DNA from: an uncultured Lachnospiraceae bacterium
Lineage (GTDB): Bacteria > Bacillota > Clostridia > Christensenellales > UBA1242
Reading direction: 5' to 3'
NCBI GenBank assembly: GCA_964383665.1
Contig: CAYLHO010000001.1
Location: forward strand, 1,638-65,637
DNA: 64,000 nt
Within the stretch, counting starts at the first letter, position 1, and the number at the start of each line of letters is the position of its first letter. Positions 20,031-28,977 of the stretch are shown here, piece after piece. The position numbers and the translations under genes are program-made. Below the pieces are notes generated by a model that saw nothing but the letters and a program-made list of their open reading frames with translations, was not told the origin of the DNA and ran no database searches.

Positions 20031-20113
20031 AAAATATTTAAAAAAAGTATTTACAAACGGTGTTTTTTATGCTATCATATGAGCAGAAAAACCGAAATGG
20101 AGGCTTAAAACTT

Positions 20114-20380
20114 ATGGCATTAGAATTTGGTGCAAAGAAAACAAGACAAAACATTAGTAATGAAAACAATATGATTAAGAATGCATTTTTAAATTGTGTT
20201 GTTGTTTCAGCGGGAACAGAAAAAGGAACAACAAAAAGCGATATTCACGATGAGCTTGTTAGACAATTAAAAACCCCTGTTAAAGAATCAATCGATTCAA
20301 AAACATATGCAGCATTAATGCAAGCATTCTGCGGCGGAAGCAATGGAGAACGCATAAACGAAAACATTGCAGAAATGTAA
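20114..20380 (+). CDS. hypothetical small soluble protein (88 aa)
   Basis: GGAGG RBS before MALEFGAKK, upstream TTTACA-17-TATCAT promoter-like element, and a strong terminator downstream. Confidence 0.6.
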   Translation: MALEFGAKKTRQNISNENNMIKNAFLNCVVVSAGTEKGTTKSDIHDELVRQLKTPVKESIDSKTYAALMQAFCGGSNGERINENIAEM

Positions 20381-20398
20381 TTAATTTAATTTTTGAAG

Positions 20399-20426
20399 CC
20401 ACCAACTTTCAAGTTGGTGGTTTTTT
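20399..20426 (+). terminator. rho-independent terminator
   Basis: CCACCAAC-TTTCAA-GTTGGTGG hairpin followed by T6. Confidence 0.8.
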
Positions 20427-20489
20427 GTTTTGTAAATATATTTTTTTTTGTTAAACTAATTTAGCTGAATTTTTTTGGAGGGACAAAAA

Positions 20490-21512
20490 TTGAAAGTTGT
20501 TGTTGACACATTAGGCGGGGATAATGCGCCATTTGAAATTGTTAAAGGCGCAATTGATGCTCAAAAAAAATATAAAGATTTGAGAATTATTCTTTGTGGA
20601 AAAGAAGATGAGATAACCAAAGTTCTTACGGGAATGGATTTTGATAAAGAAAGAACAGAGGTTGTTTCTGCCCCAGAAGAAATTACAAACGACGATGTTC
20701 CAACCGTTGCAATAAAATCTAAAAAGAACAGTTCTCTTTCGGTTGCATTTGAAATTTTGCGTTCTCAAAACGACGTTATTGGGCTTGTTTCAGCAGGAAA
20801 CACGGGCGCAATTTTGGCGGGTGGATTTTTGAGAATTGGAAGAATTAAAGGCGTTTCGCGCCCAATGCTTTGCCCGTTTTTGCCAACAAAAACAGGGGGA
20901 TATGTTTTAATTGCTGATTGCGGAGCAAACATGGATTCAAAGCCAATAAACCTTGTCCATTATGCACTTATGGCAAACGAATATTATAAAGAGAGATTCG
21001 GAAATCCAAACCCTCGCGTTGCGCTTTTAAGCGTTGGAACCGAGGATCATAAGGGAAATGAACTTGTTCACGAGGTTTTCCCTCTTCTTAAAAAACTTGA
21101 CATTAATTTTGTTGGGAATATGGAAGCAAGGGATATTATGAGCGGAAATTATGAGGTCGTTGTTTGCGATGGCTTTGCAGGAAATGTTCTTCTTAAATCA
21201 ACCGAGGGTGCGCTTAAACTTATGATGGGCGAGGTTAAAAAATCAATTAAATCAAACTTTTTCTCGCGCATGGGTTCAATCTTTTTGCTTGGGGCGTTTA
21301 AAGGACTTAAGAAAAAATTTGACTTTAATGTTTATGGCGGAAGTCCGTTCTTGGGCTGTAAAAAACTTATAATCAAATCTCATGGGTCAAGCAAGGCAAA
21401 GGCAATTGAAGCGTCGATTGACGAAATTATAACCCTTTCAAATAAAAATCTTAACGAACAAATTGAAAAAGCGGTTTCAAAAGTCGATCTTGAGGAACTT
21501 GGAATTAATTAA
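20490..21512 (+). CDS. plsX: phosphate acyltransferase PlsX
   Basis: KVVVDTLGGDNAP N-terminal motif. TTG start 7 nt after GGAGG; the TTG at 20475 in the ORF track overlaps the RBS. Confidence 0.9.
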   Translation: MKVVVDTLGGDNAPFEIVKGAIDAQKKYKDLRIILCGKEDEITKVLTGMDFDKERTEVVSAPEEITNDDVPTVAIKSKKNSSLSVAFEILRSQNDVIGLVSAGNTGAILAGGFLRIGRIKGVSRPMLCPFLPTKTGGYVLIADCGANMDSKPINLVHYALMANEYYKERFGNPNPRVALLSVGTEDHKGNELVHEVFPLLKKLDINFVGNMEARDIMSGNYEVVVCDGFAGNVLLKSTEGALKLMMGEVKKSIKSNFFSRMGSIFLLGAFKGLKKKFDFNVYGGSPFLGCKKLIIKSHGSSKAKAIEASIDEIITLSNKNLNEQIEKAVSKVDLEELGIN

Positions 21513-21584
21513 ACTTGATTTTTATTGGTTTTTGTGATACTATATTTATATAAGCAAGATTATTGCTTCAGAAGGGAGATTGTT

Positions 21585-21659
21585 ATGTTAAATATTATAA
21601 AAGAATTTTTCCTTAATCCTTTTCTTTGGATTTTGTATATTTTTCCATGGAACAGGTAA
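21585..21659 (+). CDS. candidate 24-aa hydrophobic/aromatic micropeptide (MLNIIKEFFLNPFLWILYIFPWNR)
   Basis: Not in the ORF track because it is too short. GAAGGGAG RBS 6 nt upstream, a TGTGATACTAT extended -10-like box upstream, and a perfect palindromic terminator immediately downstream. Confidence 0.4.
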   Translation: MLNIIKEFFLNPFLWILYIFPWNR

Positions 21660-21673
21660 AAACTTGGAAACTA

Positions 21674-21700
21674 AAAGTTGCGCATGTGCGCAATTTTTTT
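21674..21700. terminator. palindromic rho-independent terminator
   Basis: AAAAG-TTGCGCATGTGCGCAA-TTTTTTT (palindrome 21678-21693). Confidence 0.7.
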
Positions 21701-21840
21701 ATTTATTTTGCCCATGTTTTAATGCAAAAATTGACGGTGGCAAATTGCGTTTTCGCTTGCAAAACAATGCGATTTATGTTAAGATATTCTTGCAAAATGT
21801 TAACTTATTTTTTTGCTAGAAATTTTTAAGGAAAACAACT

Positions 21841-24800
21841 ATGAATTTTAAAGAACTCGACCTTGCTGGGTTCAAATCCTTTGCCGACAGGGTTGAAATT
21901 AAGTTTGATGATGGTGTTACGGCAATTGTTGGGCCAAACGGCTGTGGGAAAAGTAATGTTGCCGACGCAATTCGCTGGGTTTTGGGCGAGCAAAGTTCAA
22001 AAACCTTGCGTGGGTCGTCCATGCAAGATGTTATTTTTGCTGGGACAGAAAAAAGGAAAAGCTTATCATATTGCGAAGTTACAATGACGTTCGACAACAG
22101 TGACCGTTTTTTTAACTATGAATTTGATGAGATTGCAATAACAAGAAAATTATATCGAAGCGGCGAAAGCGAATATCTTTTAAACAAAGCGCCATGCCGT
22201 CTTAAAGACATAACCAACTTACTTTATGATTCTGGGCTTGGGAAAGATGGCTACTCAATCATTGGGCAAGACCAAGTTGGGAAAATTTTGTCGTCTAAGC
22301 CGGAAGATCGTCGTTCAATTTTCGAAGACGCAGCAGGAATTTCAAAATATAAATCAAGAAAACTTGAAGCAGAAAGAAAACTTGAAAGGACAAAAGATAA
22401 CATCTTAAAACTTCAACTTGTTATTGATGAAATTGAAAGACAACTTGGACCACTGAAAAAACAAAGCGAAGATGCAAAAAAATTCCTTGAACTTAAAGAA
22501 ATCTTAAAGAACTTGGAAGTTAACGCTTATATCTACCAATATGAAAATGCTCACGACATGAAGGCGAAAATTTCAAGCCGGCTTGATGCAATTAATGAAG
22601 AACTTGAACTTCGCCAAGAAGAACTTGAAAATGTTGTTGAAAGTTATTCAAATAACATGGCAAGCATTGAGGCAATCGACAAAACAACCGAGCGTCTTCA
22701 CGAAAGCATTTTAAATTTAACAGTCAGTTTAGAAAAACAGGTTGGCGAAACAAATGTTGTTAGGGAAAGAATTAAATTCTTAAAAGAACAAAACAACCGT
22801 CTTTCGCTTGACATTGAAAATTATAACAACCTTAATTCTGCAATTAAAAAACAAATTGAGGAGCGTGCAAGTCATCTTTCTGAAACAAATTCACAACTTG
22901 AACTTTTGAAGAAAGAAGAGGAGAATGTTTCAAGAGAATACTTAAAAGTTGTTGATGAACTTAACTTAAACGAAGATGAAGCGGAAAGTTCACAACAAGA
23001 AATGTTTAATGCACTCGACCAACTTACAAACATTAAATCAAATTCTTCACGTCTTTTAGCTGAAAAAGAGGCAAGCAAAACCTCGCTTTTGGAAATTGAA
23101 GGGAGAATTTCGGCAATAAATGAAAAACTTGAGGCGCAAAAACTTGCTAAAGATGAAATTTTAAAACGCGTTTCGGCTTTAAACGCTCAAAACAAAGAAC
23201 AACTTGATGTTGTTTTGAAGGGAAAACTTGAAACAAACAGAGTTCAAGATGAACTTTCAGCTTTGGAAAGGGAAGTTCAAAACTGCGGAACAAAAATTCA
23301 AGTTTATGAAAACAGAAAACGCATTTTGGAAGAGATGCAAGCCGAGCATGAAGGTTATGCGGGAAGCGTTAAAAAGCTTTTGAAAGAAGCAGAAAGAAAC
23401 GAACAATTCTCAAAGAAAATGGTTGGGGTTTTGGCTTCGCTTATTTCTGTTCCAGAAAAATATGAAACAGCAATTGAAACTGCGCTTGGAAACGCGCTTC
23501 AAAACATTGTCACAAAAGACGAGCATGACGCAAAAAGTCTTATTGAGTTTTTGAAAGAACGTCAATTTGGGCGCGCAACATTCCTTCCAATAACATCGAT
23601 GAAACCAAGAAATCTTTCGCAAGAGGAAAAGAATCTTCTTCGAACCGAGGGGTGTTTTGGAATTGCAAAGGATCTTATTTCCTATCCTTCGTCAATTGAT
23701 AATGTTATTGCAAATCTTCTTGGGGCAACAGTTATTGTTAACAATTTGGACACGGCAATTCGCCTTGCCCAAAACGCAAAATTTGGGTTTAAAATTGTAA
23801 CTCTTGACGGCGATGTTATAAATCCACAAGGGTCGATGACGGGCGGAAGCAAAAAGAGCGAAGCGGTTAACCTTATAAGTCGCGATCGAGAAATTAAAAC
23901 TCTTGGTGAAGAACTTGAAAAACTTAAAGAACTTTTTGCAACAGGCGACGAAAAAATTAAGGCAAAGAAACAAGAACTTTCTTCGCTTTTGAAACAATTT
24001 GAATTCATTTCCTCAAAACAAAAGGAATTGGAAGTTGAAATTGCAAAAGAAAACGAAAAACTTTTGGCCTCCGAAACTTTAATTTCGTCAAGCGAAGCAG
24101 AACTTGAAAACCTTAACAATTCAAAGGTTATAACATCAAACAAAATTGAAGTTATTTCGCGCGAAATTCAAAACATTGAAAGCCTTGAAAATGAAGCAGG
24201 CGCAAGCAAAGAAGGGGCAAATGAGGCAATTGCAAAGCGACAATCGCGCTTCAACGAACTTAAAGCAGAACGTGAAAAGTTTAGCAAACAACTTACTGAA
24301 ATTCGCGTTAACATTGCGTCTTTAACAAGCGAAATTATGGGGACAACCCAAGAACTTGAGCGCTTGGATTCGCAACTTACAGAATCTGAAAGAAAGCAAG
24401 AAATTGCACAAGCAGAACTTGAGCATAACACAAGAAGCGTTGAGGACGCAGAAAATTTGGTTGCGTGGCAAATTGAAAATGCAACAAATGCCGAAGCAAA
24501 ACAAAAACTTGAAAATCTTAAAAAAGAGCAAAAGCAACTTGACGAAAACAAAGTTAACTTGCAACAAAGCCTTAAAGAACTTGAGGAAAAACGAACTTTC
24601 CTTATGGCAGAGGTTAACAAAATCAACGAGAAAAAGCTTAATGAAGAGTTTAAAATCAGCAAGGTCGACACCGATATCGACACAATGCAAGACAAGATTT
24701 TGGAAGAATATGAACTCGATTACGATGCTTGCTTGGCTCTTCGAGATGAGCAATTTAATCTTAACAAGGGGCTTTCGGAAATTTCAAGAATTAAAAAGGA

Positions 24801-25437
24801 AATTTCCCGCTTGGGTTATATTAACGTTGCCGCAATTGAGGATTCAAAAATTTTAAGCGAGAGATATGATGCGCTTGCTGGGCAAGTTGACGACCTTAAC
24901 AAAGCGCAAGATGAACTTCTTCAAATCATCGACGAACTTTCAACCGAAATGAGAACAAGATTCACAGAGGAATTTGATAAGATCAACGAAAATTTCAAAA
25001 TTACATTCCGTGAACTTTTTGGCGGAGGAAATGCCAAACTTGAACTTATTGGAAGCGAAAATGTTTTGGAGGCTGGAGTTGAAATTTTGGCTGAGCCACC
25101 GGGCAAAAAACTTTCTTCAAACTCACTTTTAAGCGGAGGAGAAAAAGCGCTTACGGCAATTGCAATTTTGTTTGCAATTTTGAAACTTCGTCCAATGCCT
25201 TTCTGCTTGCTCGACGAAATTGAGGCTGCGCTTGACGAAGCCAACGTCTATCGCTTTGCTCAATATCTTCGCAAGTTCTCAAGCGACACTCAATTCATCG
25301 TTATAACCCACAAAAAACCAACGATGGAACTTGCCGATTCGCTTTATGGGGTTACGATGGAAGAAAAAGGTGTTTCAAAAATTGTTTCCGTTAAACTTAG
25401 CGATGCGGTTAAGTATGAACAAAAAACAGCAGAATAA
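21841..25437 (+). CDS. smc: chromosome partition protein SMC
   Basis: GPNGCGKSN Walker A, about 900 aa of coiled coil with a central hinge, LSGGEKALTAIA signature, LLDEIEAALD Walker B. Confidence 0.97.
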   Translation: MNFKELDLAGFKSFADRVEIKFDDGVTAIVGPNGCGKSNVADAIRWVLGEQSSKTLRGSSMQDVIFAGTEKRKSLSYCEVTMTFDNSDRFFNYEFDEIAITRKLYRSGESEYLLNKAPCRLKDITNLLYDSGLGKDGYSIIGQDQVGKILSSKPEDRRSIFEDAAGISKYKSRKLEAERKLERTKDNILKLQLVIDEIERQLGPLKKQSEDAKKFLELKEILKNLEVNAYIYQYENAHDMKAKISSRLDAINEELELRQEELENVVESYSNNMASIEAIDKTTERLHESILNLTVSLEKQVGETNVVRERIKFLKEQNNRLSLDIENYNNLNSAIKKQIEERASHLSETNSQLELLKKEEENVSREYLKVVDELNLNEDEAESSQQEMFNALDQLTNIKSNSSRLLAEKEASKTSLLEIEGRISAINEKLEAQKLAKDEILKRVSALNAQNKEQLDVVLKGKLETNRVQDELSALEREVQNCGTKIQVYENRKRILEEMQAEHEGYAGSVKKLLKEAERNEQFSKKMVGVLASLISVPEKYETAIETALGNALQNIVTKDEHDAKSLIEFLKERQFGRATFLPITSMKPRNLSQEEKNLLRTEGCFGIAKDLISYPSSIDNVIANLLGATVIVNNLDTAIRLAQNAKFGFKIVTLDGDVINPQGSMTGGSKKSEAVNLISRDREIKTLGEELEKLKELFATGDEKIKAKKQELSSLLKQFEFISSKQKELEVEIAKENEKLLASETLISSSEAELENLNNSKVITSNKIEVISREIQNIESLENEAGASKEGANEAIAKRQSRFNELKAEREKFSKQLTEIRVNIASLTSEIMGTTQELERLDSQLTESERKQEIAQAELEHNTRSVEDAENLVAWQIENATNAEAKQKLENLKKEQKQLDENKVNLQQSLKELEEKRTFLMAEVNKINEKKLNEEFKISKVDTDIDTMQDKILEEYELDYDACLALRDEQFNLNKGLSEISRIKKEISRLGYINVAAIEDSKILSERYDALAGQVDDLNKAQDELLQIIDELSTEMRTRFTEEFDKINENFKITFRELFGGGNAKLELIGSENVLEAGVEILAEPPGKKLSSNSLLSGGEKALTAIAILFAILKLRPMPFCLLDEIEAALDEANVYRFAQYLRKFSSDTQFIVITHKKPTMELADSLYGVTMEEKGVSKIVSVKLSDAVKYEQKTAE

Positions 25438-25469
25438 TAAAAAAACAAGCAATTTTGCTTGTTTTTTTT
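25438..25469. terminator. bidirectional terminator between smc and rmuC
   Basis: A-tract, ACAAGCA-ATTT-TGCTTGT and T8. Confidence 0.75.
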
Positions 25470-25472
25470 GTT

Positions 25473-26681
25473 CTATTCATCGTCCTCGTTTAAATTTTCA
25501 ACTGTTGGGGAAATTGAATCAAGAAGTTGAGGCTCGGAAGTTGTGAAGGCAAGTGTGTCAACTTTTCCAAGTTTTGTTTGAATGTTTCGTGTTTTGCTTT
25601 CGGCGTCTTTCATTGTGTTTGCAACCTCTTGAAGTTTTTTATTTGTTTTTGCCAAGATGTCGCCAAATTTATTAAATTCAACTTTAACTGTTGTTAAAAC
25701 CTTCCAGACCTCACTTGTTTGTTTTTCAATTGCAAGAGCGTGGAATCCAAGTTGAAGACTGTTTATGAAAGCGGTTAATGTTGTTGGTCCGGCAATTGTA
25801 ACTTTGTAGTCGCGTTGAAGGGTTTCGCAAAGGGAAGTGTTTTTCAAAACCTCGCAGAACAAACTTTCAATTGGAAGGAACATAACTCCAAAATCTGTTG
25901 TTAGCGGTGGATTGATATACTTATCGCGGATTTCTCCGGCGCTTCGTTTAATGCTTGCGGCAAGGGCTTTTCTTGCGGCAGCAACTTCTTCTTTATTTCC
26001 TTTTTCTTCAGCTTCCAAAAGTCTGTTATAGTCCTCAACAGGATACTTACTGTCGACAGGAAGCATTACAAAACTGTTTCCAACTTTGCTTGGAATTTTG
26101 ATTGCGAACTCAACAAAATCCTTTGTTCGTGGCTTAAGTTTGACGTTTCTTTCATATTGGTCGGGCGTTAAATATTGTTCCAAAATGTTGCCAAGGCGAA
26201 TTTCGCCCCAAGTTCCGCGGGTTTTAACATCGGACAAAACTTTTTTAAGGTCGCCAACGCCAGTTGCCAATGTTTGCATTTCGCCAAGTCCTTTATAAAC
26301 CGATTCAAGACGATCATTAACAAGTTTGAAAGATTCGCCAAGACGCTTTTCAAGAGTGTCATGGAGTTTTTCGTCAACAGTTTGGCGCATTTGCTCAAGT
26401 TTTTCGGTGTTTTCCTTTTGAATTGTTCCAAGTTTATCCTCAACCGCAGTTCGAATTGCTTCAAGTTTTTCTTCGTTTGCGCGTGAAAATCCATCAATTC
26501 TGTTTCCAAGAACAACATTAATTTCCTCGCGTGTTGCTTTAAGCCCAAGGGTTAAATCCTCTTTAACGCTTCGAAATTCTTTTTCTAAATTTGAATTTTG
26601 CTTTGTTTTTGCAAGCATAAAAATTGTTATAATGTTTAGAACAACAAGTGCGCAAATTAGCGCGATTAAAACTATGTCCAT
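25473..26681 (-). CDS. rmuC: DNA recombination protein RmuC
   Basis: N-terminal TM helix, coiled coil, and a C-terminal nuclease-like core (FVEFAIKIP...MLPVDSKYP...GVMFLPIESLF) typical of RmuC. Confidence 0.85.
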   Translation of the reverse strand: MDIVLIALICALVVLNIITIFMLAKTKQNSNLEKEFRSVKEDLTLGLKATREEINVVLGNRIDGFSRANEEKLEAIRTAVEDKLGTIQKENTEKLEQMRQTVDEKLHDTLEKRLGESFKLVNDRLESVYKGLGEMQTLATGVGDLKKVLSDVKTRGTWGEIRLGNILEQYLTPDQYERNVKLKPRTKDFVEFAIKIPSKVGNSFVMLPVDSKYPVEDYNRLLEAEEKGNKEEVAAARKALAASIKRSAGEIRDKYINPPLTTDFGVMFLPIESLFCEVLKNTSLCETLQRDYKVTIAGPTTLTAFINSLQLGFHALAIEKQTSEVWKVLTTVKVEFNKFGDILAKTNKKLQEVANTMKDAESKTRNIQTKLGKVDTLAFTTSEPQLLDSISPTVENLNEDDE

Positions 26682-26786
26682 ATTCTTCTCCTTAATGATA
26701 TTATATCATTCATTAAAAAATTAACAAATTGTTTGTTGACATTGAATAACTGAAAAATATATAATTAAGTTAGGGAGAATTTATTT

Positions 26787-27251
26787 ATGGGACTTTGGAG
26801 CGACAGGGAAAAGAAGGGAATTATAATTTGCGGATTTGCAGGAATTGGCAAAACGGGATTTTTGGAGCATGATCCAAGCCTTGCAAGAAAAAGAGTTTTT
26901 GATCTTTCTTCGTCATATTTTAGGAAGAACGAGGGCTGGGAAAAGGTTTATTGCGACATTGCCGAAAGCCTTTCAAAAGACTATGACTATGTTTTCATTT
27001 CAACCCACAACATGGTTATTGGCGAACTTCTTTCACGAAGGACAAAGTTTTATCTTGTTTATCCAAGAAAGCACTGTAAAGACGAATATATTGAAAGATT
27101 TATTAAAAGAGGTAATTCAAAAGAATATATAACCAAATTTATTAAAAATTGGGATAATTTCATTCAAATGCTTGATGATGTTAAAATCGACAGCAAAATT
27201 GAACTTCGAAGCGGGCAATATCTTTCTGATGTTATCTACAGGCTTAAATAA
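26787..27251 (+). CDS. hypothetical small P-loop NTPase-like protein
   Basis: Walker-A-like IICGFAGIGKTGF near the N-terminus. GGGAG RBS. No further family assignment possible. Confidence 0.6.
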   Translation: MGLWSDREKKGIIICGFAGIGKTGFLEHDPSLARKRVFDLSSSYFRKNEGWEKVYCDIAESLSKDYDYVFISTHNMVIGELLSRRTKFYLVYPRKHCKDEYIERFIKRGNSKEYITKFIKNWDNFIQMLDDVKIDSKIELRSGQYLSDVIYRLK

Positions 27252-27343
27252 GAGGAAAACAATCGACAAAAGGTGGCAAAAATTGCTGCCTTTTTTCATT
27301 TTATCTTTTTTAGAGGAATAAACAGAAAAGTTATAATGAAAAC

Positions 27344-28210
27344 GTGGAAATTGTTGTTGAATATGTTTTGATTGACAATGTTGTTATTAACTTTTTAATT
27401 CTTCAACTTTCTGCGCTTGTTCTTCGAATTAAAGGGCGGCGAATTTGGTTTTTTGTTGCGGCGTTGTTTGGGGCTGCTGTTTCGCTTGTTTCGCCGTTGC
27501 TTTCGCTTCCAACATGGCTTTCAATTCTTTTTAAGTTCATTTTGGGAATTGTTATTTCAAGAATTGGACTTGGGGCAAAGGGGTTTAAGAAAGATGCACT
27601 TTCGTTTTCGGTTTTTTTAATTATGACGGCGGCTGTTGGCGGAGCGTGTTTTGGAATTGTTTTTCTTTTTGGTGGAACATTCGATTCGGGTTTCTTAACC
27701 GTTTATAACATGGAAGTTCCTGTTGGCGTTGTTCTGCTTGTTGCAAGCCTTGTTTGCGCCGGAATTGGAAGGGTTGTTAAAGTTGTTGGAAAAAGAAAGT
27801 TGGTTGGAAATTTTATTTTTCAGGGTGAAATTTCAAACAAGGGGAAAAGCACAAAATTTGATGTGTTTTTAGACAGCGGGAACACTCTTTTCGATCCAAT
27901 TTTAAAAAAACCAGTTTTGATTGTTGAATTTTCGGTTTTTTCAAAAATTTTTGATGTTCCATTCGAAAGGATTATAACAAAAAAAATTGATGAAAATGAA
28001 ATTGAAAACAGCCATTACATAACTTATGGAACAGCCTCTGGGAAGGGGGAAATTCTTGTTTGCGAGGCAGAAAAATTTTCGCTTGACGTTGGAGACGGAA
28101 AAACAGTTAAATTTGACAACGTTGCCGTTGGGCTTTCGTTTGTTAAATTTCAAAAGTGTTACGATTGCCGCGCGCTTATGGGCGCGGAATTTACAAGGGG
28201 GATTGAATGA
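27344..28210 (+). CDS. spoIIGA: sigma-E processing aspartic peptidase SpoIIGA
   Basis: Five N-terminal TM segments, [11 protein letters not shown] catalytic DSGN motif, position immediately upstream of sigE. The GTG start is uncertain because there is no clear RBS. Confidence 0.85.
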   Translation: MEIVVEYVLIDNVVINFLILQLSALVLRIKGRRIWFFVAALFGAAVSLVSPLLSLPTWLSILFKFILGIVISRIGLGAKGFKKDALSFSVFLIMTAAVGGACFGIVFLFGGTFDSGFLTVYNMEVPVGVVLLVASLVCAGIGRVVKVVGKRKLVGNFIFQGEISNKGKSTKFDVFLDSGNTLFDPILKKPVLIVEFSVFSKIFDVPFERIITKKIDENEIENSHYITYGTASGKGEILVCEAEKFSLDVGDGKTVKFDNVAVGLSFVKFQKCYDCRALMGAEFTRGIE

Positions 28211-28950
28211 GAATTGAAAAAATGTTAAGAAAAATTAGAACTTTTTTCTACAAATTAAAACAAAATGACAAAAATTTAGATTTTTTGGATACGGAAAGTC
28301 TTGTTTCATATATTTGCGGGAACGACGCTCTTCCTTTGCCGCTTGAGTCAAGCGAAGAAAAAATTTTGCTTGAAGAACTTACAAACGGAAACGAAAGCGC
28401 AAAAGAAAAACTTATTGAACATAACTTGCGCCTTGTTGTTTACATTGCAAAAAAATTTGAAAACACAGGGCTTGATTTGGAAGATCTTATTTCAATTGGG
28501 GCAATTGGGCTTATTAAAGCAGTTCAAACATATAAGTTTGATAAACAAATTAAACTTGCAACATATGCAAGCAGGTGTATTGAAAATGAAATTTTGATGC
28601 AACTTAGGAAAACAAGCAAGGTTAAGGGGGAGGTTAGTTTTGATGAGCCATTAAGTCTTGATGGTGATGGAAATGAACTTTTGCTTTCGGACATTCTATT
28701 CACAGAGGAAGACAGCGTTTCAAAGGAACTTGATCAAAGCGTTGAAAAACAATTACTTTGGGAAAGTATTAAAAAACTTGGTGCAAGAGAACAAGAAATT
28801 ATGATTTTAAGATTTGGGCTTTTGGGGAAAGAAGAAAAAACCCAAAAGGAAGTTGCCGACCTTATGGGCATTTCGCAAAGTTACATTTCGAGAATTGAGA
28901 AAAAGATTTTGGAAAGACTTAAGAAAGAATTGCTTAAAGCATCGGGATAA
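28207..28950 (+). CDS. sigE: sporulation sigma factor SigE (pro-sigma-E)
   Basis: Pro-sequence plus [62 protein letters not shown] and [21 protein letters not shown] nearly match B. subtilis SigE blocks. Confidence 0.95.
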   Translation: MRIEKMLRKIRTFFYKLKQNDKNLDFLDTESLVSYICGNDALPLPLESSEEKILLEELTNGNESAKEKLIEHNLRLVVYIAKKFENTGLDLEDLISIGAIGLIKAVQTYKFDKQIKLATYASRCIENEILMQLRKTSKVKGEVSFDEPLSLDGDGNELLLSDILFTEEDSVSKELDQSVEKQLLWESIKKLGAREQEIMILRFGLLGKEEKTQKEVADLMGISQSYISRIEKKILERLKKELLKASG

Positions 28951-28951
28951 C

Positions 28952-28977
28952 AAAAAAACGGCAACTGCCGTTTTTTT
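28952..28977. terminator. bidirectional terminator
   Basis: AAAAAAA-CGGC-AACT-GCCG-TTTTTTT. Confidence 0.75.

Noticed and set aside
22872-25244. Multiple 100-175-aa minus-strand ORFs inside smc (for example 23682-24143, 24168-24695 and 24322-24753).
   Set aside because: They are Ser/Phe/Leu-rich translations of the reverse complement of a Lys/Glu-rich coiled-coil gene. The plus-strand SMC reading frame is unambiguous.
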